Shown piece by piece: positions 34,378 through 42,771 of a DNA stretch of 47,850 nucleotides. Source of the stretch: Actinomycetes bacterium (GTDB lineage Bacteria; Actinomycetota; UBA4738; HRBIN12). The stretch spans positions 1-47,850 of the forward strand of contig JANMPG010000100.1 of NCBI GenBank assembly GCA_031369745.1. Reading direction: 5' to 3'. Numbering within the stretch: position 1 is the first letter of the stretch; each line of letters begins with the position of its first letter. Position numbers and translations under genes: made by a program. The notes beneath the pieces are model-generated. The model saw only the letters and a list, made by a program, of their open reading frames with translations. It was not told the DNA's origin and did no database searches.

Positions 34378-35534
34378 GCGCCGGCGGGCGCCGGGGCCAG
34401 CTCCGGCTCGGCGTCGTCCGCACGAGCACCGCGCTGGCGAGGAGGGTCGATGCCCGCTTGCTGAAGGGCGAGCTCGAAGTCGTGCTTGCTCGACACCGCC
34501 TGCATCGCGTCCTCGACCGAGACCTTCCCTTCTTGGATCAGCTTGAGGAGCCACTGGTCGAACGTGATCATCCCGTAGTAGCCACCCTCGGCCACCACGT
34601 CCTTGATCTCGGAGGTCTTCTCTTCGTCGATGATCCGCTCGGCGACGCGGCCGGTGTTGACCAAGATCTCCAGCGCCGGCACGCGGCCCCCGTCCACCGT
34701 CGGCACGAGCCGCTGGCACACGATGCCGCGCAACGTCCCGGCAAGGGTCAGCCGCACTTGCTTTTGCTGGTGGGGCGGGAAGAAGTCGATCACACGGTTG
34801 ACCGTTTCCGTGGCGTCTTGGGTGTGCAGGGTCGATAGCACCAGGTGGCCGGTCTCGGCGGCCTGCAACGCCGCGCGCACCGTCTCGGTATCACGCATCT
34901 CCCCGATCAAGATCACGTCGGGGTCTTGCCGCAGCGCCGCTCGAAGCGCAGCGAGGAAGTCGGAGGTGTCCTGCCCGATCTCGCGCTGGTTGATCGAGGC
35001 GAGATCGTCCTTGTGCAGGACCTCGATCGGGTCTTCGATCGTCACGATGTGCACGGACTTGGTCGAGTTGAGGTACTGGATCATCGCGGCAAGCGTCGTG
35101 GTCTTGCCCGAGCCCGTTGGGCCGGTGACCAAGATCAGACCGCGGTGCTCGTTGGCCAGATCCTTGATCGAGTCGGGCAGGCCGATCTCCTGGAACGTCG
35201 GTCCGCCGAAACGCAGCTTGCGCAGCACCATCGAGATCGAGCCGCGCTGGCGGAACACGTTGGCTCGGAAGCGCCCGACATTGGCCACGGAGTAGGCGAA
35301 GTCGACTTCGCCGAGCTCCTTGAACAGCTCCTTGCGGTCCTCGGGGATCACGCCGTCGGCGATCGCCTGGGTCTCGAGGGGACTCAAGGGGTCGCGGTCG
35401 AGGCGCTCGAGGCCGTGCGGCAGACGGATCATCGGCGCGGAGCCGACCTTCACGTGCAGGTCGGAACCGTTGCCCTTCACGAGTTCTTCGAGCCAGGAGT
35501 TGAACTCCGGCACGATCGGGGATGATCCGTCCAT
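34374..35534 (-). CDS. pilT: PilT-type twitching-motility/retraction ATPase
   Basis: Walker A is GPTGSGKTTT, Walker B is ILIGEMRD, and the His box is ETGHLVLSTLHT. An SD GAAGGAGA lies upstream. Confidence 0.88.
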   Translation of the reverse strand: MDGSSPIVPEFNSWLEELVKGNGSDLHVKVGSAPMIRLPHGLERLDRDPLSPLETQAIADGVIPEDRKELFKELGEVDFAYSVANVGRFRANVFRQRGSISMVLRKLRFGGPTFQEIGLPDSIKDLANEHRGLILVTGPTGSGKTTTLAAMIQYLNSTKSVHIVTIEDPIEVLHKDDLASINQREIGQDTSDFLAALRAALRQDPDVILIGEMRDTETVRAALQAAETGHLVLSTLHTQDATETVNRVIDFFPPHQQKQVRLTLAGTLRGIVCQRLVPTVDGGRVPALEILVNTGRVAERIIDEEKTSEIKDVVAEGGYYGMITFDQWLLKLIQEGKVSVEDAMQAVSSKHDFELALQQAGIDPPRQRGARADDAEPELAPAPAGA

Positions 35535-35651
35535 CGCTTCGCTCGTGTCTCCTTCGTGGGAATCCGCCCGGCGCGCGACCTCGGTGGCCGGGCACGCTTC
35601 CCCATCGGCGCGTTCCTCGACGGACTTCAGTTTCGGCCCTCGGCGGTGGCA

Positions 35652-35678
35652 TGCGCCCAGGGCGCACCCTCGTAGACT
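35652..35678 (+). promoter_or_regulatory. Candidate mrp promoter: 15-bp palindrome followed by a -10-like TAGACT
   Basis: TGCGCCC-A-GGGCGCA (35652-35666) lies 6 nt upstream of TAGACT (35673-35678). The mrp ATG is at 35711, with SD AGGAG. Confidence 0.25.
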
Positions 35679-35710
35679 GGAACCCGACCCGACGACAGCC
35701 AGGAGCTCCG

Positions 35711-36811
35711 ATGGTCACTGAAGCCCAGGTCAGAGAGGCCCTCCGAGGGGTCAACGACCCCGAGATCGGCCGCCCCATCGAAGATATCGGCATGCTGCGC
35801 TCCATCGAGGTGGAGGGCGGGCTCGTTCGGGTCCATGTCCTGCTGACGATCGAGGGATGCCCGCTGCGCGACCGGATCACCCAGGAGGTCACGGCCGCCG
35901 TGCAACCGCTCGAGGGCGTGGAACGCGTCGAGGTCTCATTGACCCCGATGAGCCCAGAACAGCGCGAGAAGCTGGTCGGCACCCTGCGGGGACCCACGGC
36001 CACCGGCGCGACCAAGATCGCGTTCTCGCCCACGACCTCGATCATCGCGATCGCATCTGGCAAGGGCGGCGTCGGGAAGTCGTCCGTGACGGTCAACCTC
36101 GCCGTGTCGCTCGCCGCCGACGGCTACAAGGTAGGCATCCTGGACGCCGACGTGTGGGGCTTCAGCATCCCGCGCATGCTCGGTGCCGAGGGCAAGCCCG
36201 TGGGATTCAACGACATGATCCTGCCGCTCGAAGCCCACGGGGTGAAGGTGATCTCGATGGGCTTCTTCGTTCCCGAAGACACGCCGGTGATCTGGCGCGG
36301 GCCGATGCTGCACAAGGCGATCGAGCAATTCCTCGGCGATGTGTACTGGGGCGATCTGGACTTCCTGCTGTGCGACCTGCCGCCGGGCACGGGCGATGTG
36401 AGCATCTCGTTGGCCTCGTTCATCCCGGGCGCGTCGATGGTGGTCGTGACCACACCGCAAGAGGCGGCGCACACCGTGGCGCAGCGTGCCGGCAAGATGG
36501 CCGAGCGCACGAACCTGCGGCCGATCGGCGTCGTGGAGAACATGTCGTGGTTCCTGTGCCCGCACTGCGGGGAGCGGGAGCTGCTGTTCGGTGAGGGCGG
36601 CGGGCAGCTGGCCGCCGACACGATCGGCGTTCCCTTGCTCGCACAGGTCCCGCTGGTGTCGGCGTTGCGTGTCGGCAGCGACATCGGCGTGCCGATCGTC
36701 ATCAGCGATCCGAGCTCGCCCGCATCGATCGCGCTGCGCGAGGCGGCCGACGCCGTTCGCAAGGCCGCGACGACCAAGATCGGCAAGCCGCTGACGCTCA
36801 GCACCCGATGA
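35711..36811 (+). CDS. mrp: Fe-S cluster carrier ATPase Mrp/ApbC with N-terminal DUF59 domain
   Basis: The DUF59 region is VNDPEIGRPIEDIGML. The deviant Walker A is SGKGGVGKSS. The CPHC cluster-ligand motif is present. Confidence 0.9.
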   Translation: MVTEAQVREALRGVNDPEIGRPIEDIGMLRSIEVEGGLVRVHVLLTIEGCPLRDRITQEVTAAVQPLEGVERVEVSLTPMSPEQREKLVGTLRGPTATGATKIAFSPTTSIIAIASGKGGVGKSSVTVNLAVSLAADGYKVGILDADVWGFSIPRMLGAEGKPVGFNDMILPLEAHGVKVISMGFFVPEDTPVIWRGPMLHKAIEQFLGDVYWGDLDFLLCDLPPGTGDVSISLASFIPGASMVVVTTPQEAAHTVAQRAGKMAERTNLRPIGVVENMSWFLCPHCGERELLFGEGGGQLAADTIGVPLLAQVPLVSALRVGSDIGVPIVISDPSSPASIALREAADAVRKAATTKIGKPLTLSTR

Positions 36812-37308
36812 GCACGCCGGCCTCGGTGCTTCGAGACGGCTTCGCCCGGCACACGTGGGCATCCCTGCGGCTGCTCGACGCGCTCGAGGCGCTTGGGGCG
36901 GAGCTGCCCGACGACGAGATGCCGGGCACCTACGGCTCGATCCTGCGCACGATGACACACCTGGTTGATGCCGACGACCGGTACCTGCAGCGCATCGCGC
37001 AGCCGGTCGTGCCGCCGTTCCAAGATCATGGCTCCCAGCCCGTCGCCGAGCTCCGCACGCGCGTGCAGGCGAACGCGTTGCGCTGGGAAACCACGCTCGA
37101 TGCGCTCGAGGCAGGCACCCTGCATGCGCGTATCGAACCGCGCGATGAAGGCGACGTGGTCCGCGACCCCGCCGAGACGCTGCTGCTCCTGCAGGCGCTG
37201 CACCACGGCGACGACCACCGCGCGCAGATCTGCTCGACGCTGGGCGCCGGTGACCTCGAGGTGCCCGAACTCGACGTGTGGTCGTTCTGGGACGACCAGC
37301 GGTCCTAG
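36808..37308 (+). CDS. DinB family protein (mycothiol-dependent enzyme-like fold)
   Basis: The His-containing helices (MTHLVDADDRYL, LHHGDDHRAQI) are typical of the DinB/MDMPI_N superfamily. It overlaps mrp by ATGA. Confidence 0.75.
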   Translation: MSTPASVLRDGFARHTWASLRLLDALEALGAELPDDEMPGTYGSILRTMTHLVDADDRYLQRIAQPVVPPFQDHGSQPVAELRTRVQANALRWETTLDALEAGTLHARIEPRDEGDVVRDPAETLLLLQALHHGDDHRAQICSTLGAGDLEVPELDVWSFWDDQRS

Positions 37309-37311
37309 CCG

Positions 37312-38295
37312 CTAGCCCGCGGCCCGCACGTCCACATCGTCCGGCTGCGTGCCGGTCGGCGAACCCTTGACCCTGGACCGCGGCGGCGAGGTCGGCCCGG
37401 GTCGCTTCGAGACCGCGAGGTAGCCCCAGATGGCGATGCACAGCAGCACGACCGTCAACGCGGTCCATTGCGAACCGGTCAGCGGACCGAAACGCTTGTC
37501 GATGCGAAGGAAGTCTTCCAAGACACGGCAACTGCCGTAGTAGATCGCGAACACCAGGGCTGCGAGGCCCTCGCGGCGAGGCTGCTTGATGAACCACCAC
37601 AGCAGCGCGAAGAGGCCCCAGGCAAGCAACATGTCGTACATAGCCGTTTGGTGCACACCCACCCCGCTCGCGAGCACGGCGCCCGCTCGATCGCTCAGGA
37701 CCGAACCGCCCTGCTCGAGTGTTTGTCTGCTCCCGTCTTGCAGGGAGGCCGAGCAAACCTCCCGGATACATTCGAACGGCGCCGCCACCGTTCCTCCGGT
37801 GTATCGCCAGGCGAGGAACCACGACGTCGGCTTGCCGAGGTGGTCGCCGATGATCAGGTCGCCGATCCGCCCGACGGCGATCCCGAGCGCAAGGGGCGCG
37901 GCCAACGCGTCCGCCACCTGGAAGAACCGCAGACGGAAACGCCTGATGTTGATCGCGTTGGCGATCGTTGCGCCTGCGATACCGCCCAATAACGAGATGC
38001 CGCCCTTCCAGATGAGCAGAGCCTCGACGGGCTTGGGTGCGAACTCCGACCAATGCCCGAGCACGTAGAAGAACCGGGCTCCCACGATCGCGCCGATCAG
38101 CGACCACAGCACGATCGAGCTGATCGCCTGCTCAGAGACCCCGCGCGAGGCGGCGACCTTGCCGAAAAGCCACGCCCCGATCATGAACCCGATCGCGATG
38201 AACAGGCCGTGCGGCGAGATGGCGAACACGCTGCCGATCCGGAACCGATCGACGACGGGCCAACCGACGGAGGCCACGAAGGAGAGGAAGGACAT
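37312..38295 (-). CDS. lgt: Prolipoprotein diacylglyceryl transferase
   Basis: The SPHGLFIAIGF, WKGGISLLGG and GRIGDLI motifs of Lgt are present. The start was set at MSFLSFV. Confidence 0.9.
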   Translation of the reverse strand: MSFLSFVASVGWPVVDRFRIGSVFAISPHGLFIAIGFMIGAWLFGKVAASRGVSEQAISSIVLWSLIGAIVGARFFYVLGHWSEFAPKPVEALLIWKGGISLLGGIAGATIANAINIRRFRLRFFQVADALAAPLALGIAVGRIGDLIIGDHLGKPTSWFLAWRYTGGTVAAPFECIREVCSASLQDGSRQTLEQGGSVLSDRAGAVLASGVGVHQTAMYDMLLAWGLFALLWWFIKQPRREGLAALVFAIYYGSCRVLEDFLRIDKRFGPLTGSQWTALTVVLLCIAIWGYLAVSKRPGPTSPPRSRVKGSPTGTQPDDVDVRAAG

Positions 38296-38320
38296 CACGG
38301 CCGAGCCTAGCAGTGGACCG

Positions 38321-38920
38321 CTATGACGCCCGTGCGCGCGTCCGCGGCCACATACGAGCGACCGCCCGGCCGATGAGCAGGCCGCTCGCGACATCGCTGG
38401 GATAGTGCACTCCGAGATACACGCGCGAGGCGGCTACGGAGACATCGATCGCACTCAGCACCCCCCGAGCCATCGCACCGGCGCCCAGCTCGCGGGCGGC
38501 GACCCGACTGAACGTCGTCAGCACCGCCGGGTGCGACGATGGCCAGGACATGCCGACCGGCCGCGCGATCAGCTGCCGCGTGCCGTCGGGATCGGCATCG
38601 AGCGGTCGGGGTCGATCGGCCAGATGCTTCATACCCTGCAACAACACCCACGTGGCACCCGCCGCCGTCATGGCCCGGCTCGCGGCCTCGCCCCGGCCAA
38701 GCACCGTCAGCGTGAGCGCGGCCGCGCCGGCGGCATACATCGACCCGAGTTCCGTGACGCTGACGAACACCCGATCCGCCTCGGGGCCGCGCCCGACGTT
38801 GCACGCGTCGAACAGTTCGCGATCGATCTCGGTGGCTTCCGGACGACGAAGGACCGCGGCGCCGATGGCGCAAGCTCCCGCGAACAGACCCCCCGCCCAC
38901 AGCACACGCCCCACACCCAT
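38321..38920 (-). CDS. PAP2 superfamily phosphatase
   Basis: SWPSSH and SRVYLGVHYPSDV match PAP2 motifs C2 and C3. The start was chosen at MGVGRV to avoid overlap with the upstream gene. Confidence 0.8.
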   Translation of the reverse strand: MGVGRVLWAGGLFAGACAIGAAVLRRPEATEIDRELFDACNVGRGPEADRVFVSVTELGSMYAAGAAALTLTVLGRGEAASRAMTAAGATWVLLQGMKHLADRPRPLDADPDGTRQLIARPVGMSWPSSHPAVLTTFSRVAARELGAGAMARGVLSAIDVSVAASRVYLGVHYPSDVASGLLIGRAVARMWPRTRARAS

Positions 38921-38975
38921 GGCCGCACATGATGCGACAGCGCGGGGGTTACCGTCATGCGCCCGGCCAAGCCGA

Positions 38976-39425
38976 TCAGCCGTGGGTGGCGGCCTCGATC
39001 GCCCGCAGCTGCGCGTCGGTGCCGCGTCGAAGGGCGTATTCCGCGCCACCGATCGCGCGCACGCTCGCCGCTGCGAACGAGCCGAGCGGGCCTTTGAAGA
39101 CGTAGCGCACCTCGTGGCGCAGAACGCTTCGATCGAACGGCAAGCTGGCCACGGACGTCATCACCGTCGCGTCGAGCACCCCTCGCAGATGGACCGACGA
39201 GCGCCACGGCGGCTCCCACTCCTGGACCTCGCAGGAAATCGTGGCATGCACGCCCATGAACTCCATCGTGACCTCGAACCCCACTCCGGCTCGCAAGCCA
39301 CCCGATGGCACCGAGACTGATGTGATGTGACGCTGCCACGCAGGGAGGTTGCGTGGGTTGCTCGTGACCGCCCACACCGCTTCCGGCGGCGCATCGACCT
39401 CCACCGAGTACTCGACCGTTGTCAC
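38976..39425 (-). CDS. SRPBCC (START/polyketide cyclase-like) family protein
   Basis: VEYSVEVDAPPEAVWAVTSNPRNLPAWQ is a typical SRPBCC N-terminus. It has a GTGA overlap with the upstream gene. Confidence 0.75.
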   Translation of the reverse strand: MTTVEYSVEVDAPPEAVWAVTSNPRNLPAWQRHITSVSVPSGGLRAGVGFEVTMEFMGVHATISCEVQEWEPPWRSSVHLRGVLDATVMTSVASLPFDRSVLRHEVRYVFKGPLGSFAAASVRAIGGAEYALRRGTDAQLRAIEAATHG

Positions 39426-40366
39426 GAAGCGTCGGCGCTCCCGCTCGTCCAGCCTCGCCACCACACGACGCGTCTCGGTGTCACCCGAACGAGCGCCGAC
39501 GCGCCCGTCGACAGGCCCGTGGCGACGCTGCGAAGCGATGTCGCGCCAGAACCGACGACGCCGTCGACGAAGAACGCGGCCTCGCCTTGGAACATCGCGC
39601 CCACCATGTCGCGAGCTCGCCACACGGATGGGCGATCCAGCATCAACGCGACGGGGGCGTCGGGGCCTGCCCCGGCGAGCGCGAGGGTCTCGGCCGGCAA
39701 CGCCGCATACAGCGCGGCGGTCTCCGCGCGCCACTGCACCGGCACCACAACGAGCCCGCGCTCCCCCGCGATCGCGAGCGCGCCGTGGCCCTCCCGTCCG
39801 ATCCCCTCCGCGACTTCGTCGGGCAGGTGCTCGATCGCGTCGGTGCCCCGCACCCGCCGGAAGGTCGGGTGGGAGCCCGCCTCGCCTCCCCAGCGGCCCC
39901 GCCCCTCTTGCACGCCCTGGCCATCGAGCAACGCGGTGCGCTCCAGGTCGACCCCAACGAAGACGCGACCCGGCGGTGTCCACGCGAAGGGGACCTGCTT
40001 GGCATCGACCGCGTAGCCCGCGAAGAACCGCGCGTTCTTGGCGCTGAACGTCGCGGTCGCCCGTGCGATCGAGGTTGCGCCGGCGACCGCGGCGGCCCAG
40101 GTGCGCCGATCGAGCGCATCGTAGGTGCGTACGGTGCCCGTGAAGGTGACCGCAAGATCGTCGTCGCGAACGAGACCCGCCATCGACGGGTCCACCCGCC
40201 ACGCGCGGGCCTTCACCGACCGGCGAGAGGTCGTCAGCCAGATACGGGCACCGCTGTTCGCATACACCAGCGGCGTGCAGTGCGGTCCATGCGGCGTCAT
40301 CGCGGCGACGGCACAGAACTGCCCGCGGTCAAGCGCGGTCTGCACCGCCGTGGACAAGAAACTCAC
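39422..40366 (-). CDS. Tandem pyridoxamine-5'-phosphate-oxidase-like (split-barrel flavin/deazaflavin) protein
   Basis: Two PNPOx-like halves are recognisable (FCAVAAMTPHGPHCTPLVY...IWLTT and HGALAIAGERGLVVVPVQW). The product is 314 aa. The GTG start forms a GTGA overlap with the CPBP gene. Confidence 0.7.
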   Translation of the reverse strand: MSFLSTAVQTALDRGQFCAVAAMTPHGPHCTPLVYANSGARIWLTTSRRSVKARAWRVDPSMAGLVRDDDLAVTFTGTVRTYDALDRRTWAAAVAGATSIARATATFSAKNARFFAGYAVDAKQVPFAWTPPGRVFVGVDLERTALLDGQGVQEGRGRWGGEAGSHPTFRRVRGTDAIEHLPDEVAEGIGREGHGALAIAGERGLVVVPVQWRAETAALYAALPAETLALAGAGPDAPVALMLDRPSVWRARDMVGAMFQGEAAFFVDGVVGSGATSLRSVATGLSTGASALVRVTPRRVVWWRGWTSGSADAS

Positions 40367-41013
40367 GCCACTGCCTCCTTGCGGCCCGCGCGCGGTGGGC
40401 GAGCGAGCATCGATCCCGTCCACAGGATATGGCTCGCGAGCGGAGCGACGACGCCCCCGCTCCACCAGGCGAGGACGCCCCACACGACGCCGCCCACCAA
40501 CGCGCCGACGATGATCGGCAACGATCGACTCGGCAGGTTCGCGATCACGTACCCCAGGCATACGAGCGCCGCCGCGACCCCCGTCGTCGTTGCGGATGCG
40601 GCGCCCGCGCGGTATGCGAGACCCCGCCAGAACAGCTCTTCACCGGGCACGGCCAGGAGCAAGGACAGGATCAACTCGCGCCGAGGGTCGGCTGTGGCCG
40701 CGCGACGATACGCGGCCTCGGTCTGCATAGCGAACGCTGGGATATGCTGCGCCGCAGCTACGAACAGCAGCGTGCCGACATACAGCACGATCCCCGTCAC
40801 GGCCCCGATCGCCGCGACGCCGCCGATCCCCGGGATGTTGCCGCCGCCGTGGGTGGGCGTGTCCAGGGTCGGCAGCAGGAGCAACGACGCGACGCCGAGG
40901 GCGCCGAGCAGCGGTGGCCACGTGCGCCAGACATCACGGCCGCGAACCGCCACCAGATGCCAGCCCACCATCGTGGCGAGGACCCCGAACGCCAGCACGA
41001 GCGGCACCATCAC
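40363..41013 (-). CDS. CPBP (CAAX) family intramembrane glutamic endopeptidase
   Basis: The product is polytopic. GEELFWRG is the EExxxR motif 1, and a conserved His lies near the C-terminus (SHILWTG). Confidence 0.8.
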   Translation of the reverse strand: MMVPLVLAFGVLATMVGWHLVAVRGRDVWRTWPPLLGALGVASLLLLPTLDTPTHGGGNIPGIGGVAAIGAVTGIVLYVGTLLFVAAAQHIPAFAMQTEAAYRRAATADPRRELILSLLLAVPGEELFWRGLAYRAGAASATTTGVAAALVCLGYVIANLPSRSLPIIVGALVGGVVWGVLAWWSGGVVAPLASHILWTGSMLARPPRAGRKEAVA

Positions 41014-41020
41014 GATCCCC

Positions 41021-41830
41021 TCAGGTCGGGAAGAAGCGCGTCTTGACGGCGATCTCCGCAGTGAACGCCGTCACGAGCGATAGGTAGAAGAACCCGGTGG
41101 CCGATTGCACCGCGGACGCCCGCTCGCCCTTGAGCGCGGCGCGCGCGAGCACGGCGATCAACAACGTCGTGCCGACCATGCCGATCGCGATCCACGGCGC
41201 GAGCGCCCCTGCGGTCAACAACGGGTTGAACGCCTGCGACGACGCCGTACCCGAGAACCCGCCGGTCGCGATCGCCCCGAACTCGACGCAGGTGGCCGCG
41301 ATCAAGATATCGGTGGAACGGTTGATCGGACGACGCGTCAGCTTGCGGTCTGTCAGGTACCAGTGGCCCAGGAACAACGCCTCGTAGGACGCACCCAGGA
41401 ACGCGGCGCCGGCGGCCAGCTGGAACAGGGAGATCGCGAACGACTGTCGCCCCGTGCCGGCCATCGCCACCAGCGTGGCGATCGACGCCGCCGTCGAGGC
41501 GGCGGCGACCACTCGGGCGGCGACCTGGCGTCGAGCCAGCAGCAGCGCCATCACGAGCGTCAACAGCAGCGCCGTCGCCAGGGCAAGCGTGACCGCGTTG
41601 GCCGGGTCGGCGTTGCCGGCGATCGCGCCGGACTTCGCCGACCACCAGGCGGGCCACGCGAACAGGGTGGCCATGGTCACGGTCCAGATCGTGAAGAACG
41701 ATCGTTTCGTTTCGTTCCACAGGGGCGAGCCCCACGTGAGGACCGAGGCGCCGGCGACGGTCTCGGCAAGGACGAGCGCCAGTACCCCCGCGAAGCCGTT
41801 CATGCGCGCCGTCCCGACATACGCCCCCAA
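41021..41830 (-). CDS. Polytopic membrane protein (about 8 TM), function unknown
   Basis: Hydrophobic helices run throughout. It is the first gene of the 41830-to-37312 minus-strand string. An alternative start is the ATG at 41803 (MNGFAG). Confidence 0.6.
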   Translation of the reverse strand: MGAYVGTARMNGFAGVLALVLAETVAGASVLTWGSPLWNETKRSFFTIWTVTMATLFAWPAWWSAKSGAIAGNADPANAVTLALATALLLTLVMALLLARRQVAARVVAAASTAASIATLVAMAGTGRQSFAISLFQLAAGAAFLGASYEALFLGHWYLTDRKLTRRPINRSTDILIAATCVEFGAIATGGFSGTASSQAFNPLLTAGALAPWIAIGMVGTTLLIAVLARAALKGERASAVQSATGFFYLSLVTAFTAEIAVKTRFFPT

Positions 41831-41877
41831 GGGTAGCGGGCCGGGCTGTTCGCGCCGTCGCCGGTAGGCTGCGTGGC

Positions 41878-42669
41878 ATGGATGACTGGCGTTCCTACGA
41901 CCGAACGGCGACCACCTACGAACGGATCCACGCGAGCCGATTCGCCGAGCCCGCCCGCGATCTCGCGGCGCTCGCCGGCGTGGCCGCCGGGGGGCGCGTC
42001 CTCGACGTTGGCACCGGCACCGGGGTGGGCGCCGAGGTCGCGAGCCGACTCGGCGCCGAGGTGATCGGGGTCGATCCCTCGCTCGGCATGCTCGATGTCG
42101 CGCGCAAGGCCCGGCCGAAGATCGAGTTCGTCGCCGCCCAAGCGATCGACCTGCCGTTTTCGGACGGGTCCTTCGACGTGGTCCTTGGCAACTTCGTCCT
42201 CGCGCATTTCGCGAAGGTCGAAACGGCGATGTTCGAGCTGCTGCGGGTCACGCGGCCCGGCGGCGTGCTCGGTTTCACCAGCTGGACCGATGGCCGTGAC
42301 GCGTTCACCGACACGTGGCGCGAGCTCGTCTCGACGGTGGTGCCGAACGACCTGCTCGGCCCGACGATGGACAAGGCGATCCCGAATCACGACCGCTTCT
42401 CGCGCCGAGGGGAGGTCGAGCAGGCGCTGCACGACGCGGGGCTTCGCCACGTGCGCACCGAGCCCGCCACGTATGAGTGGCGATACGGTCGGGACGAGTA
42501 CGTCGACGGACTCACCGTGTGGGCGACCGGGCGTTTCGTCCGAGAGATGCTCGGTGAGGCCGCCTTCGAGGGGTTCATGGATCGGGTCCACGCCACGTTC
42601 GCCGAACGGTTCCCAGATCCCCTGCACGACTCCCGCGAGGTCCTGCTGGCCATCGGCATGAAAGCCTGA
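41878..42669 (+). CDS. Class I SAM-dependent methyltransferase
   Basis: VLDVGTGTGVGAE is motif I, and a DGSFDVV acidic loop follows. Confidence 0.85.
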   Translation: MDDWRSYDRTATTYERIHASRFAEPARDLAALAGVAAGGRVLDVGTGTGVGAEVASRLGAEVIGVDPSLGMLDVARKARPKIEFVAAQAIDLPFSDGSFDVVLGNFVLAHFAKVETAMFELLRVTRPGGVLGFTSWTDGRDAFTDTWRELVSTVVPNDLLGPTMDKAIPNHDRFSRRGEVEQALHDAGLRHVRTEPATYEWRYGRDEYVDGLTVWATGRFVREMLGEAAFEGFMDRVHATFAERFPDPLHDSREVLLAIGMKA

Positions 42670-42771
42670 TCGAGCCTCCGACCGGGAGCGCTTCGAAAAG
42701 AACCCGAAGGGTCTTTAGCGCCCGGTCCGACGGCCGACCTGCGGCATGTCGAGCGTTCTTGGGAGGCGACT

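Noticed and set aside
38921-39049. A longer start for the PAP2 gene at 39049
   Set aside because: It would overlap the SRPBCC gene by 74 nt and adds an Arg/Pro-rich non-hydrophobic extension. The ATG at 38920 begins directly at the first TM helix.
42670-42771. A possible terminator hairpin (AAGAACCC-GAA-GGGTCTT) after the methyltransferase gene
   Set aside because: The stem is short and bulged and the trailing T-run is only three bases. It is too weak to report as a feature.
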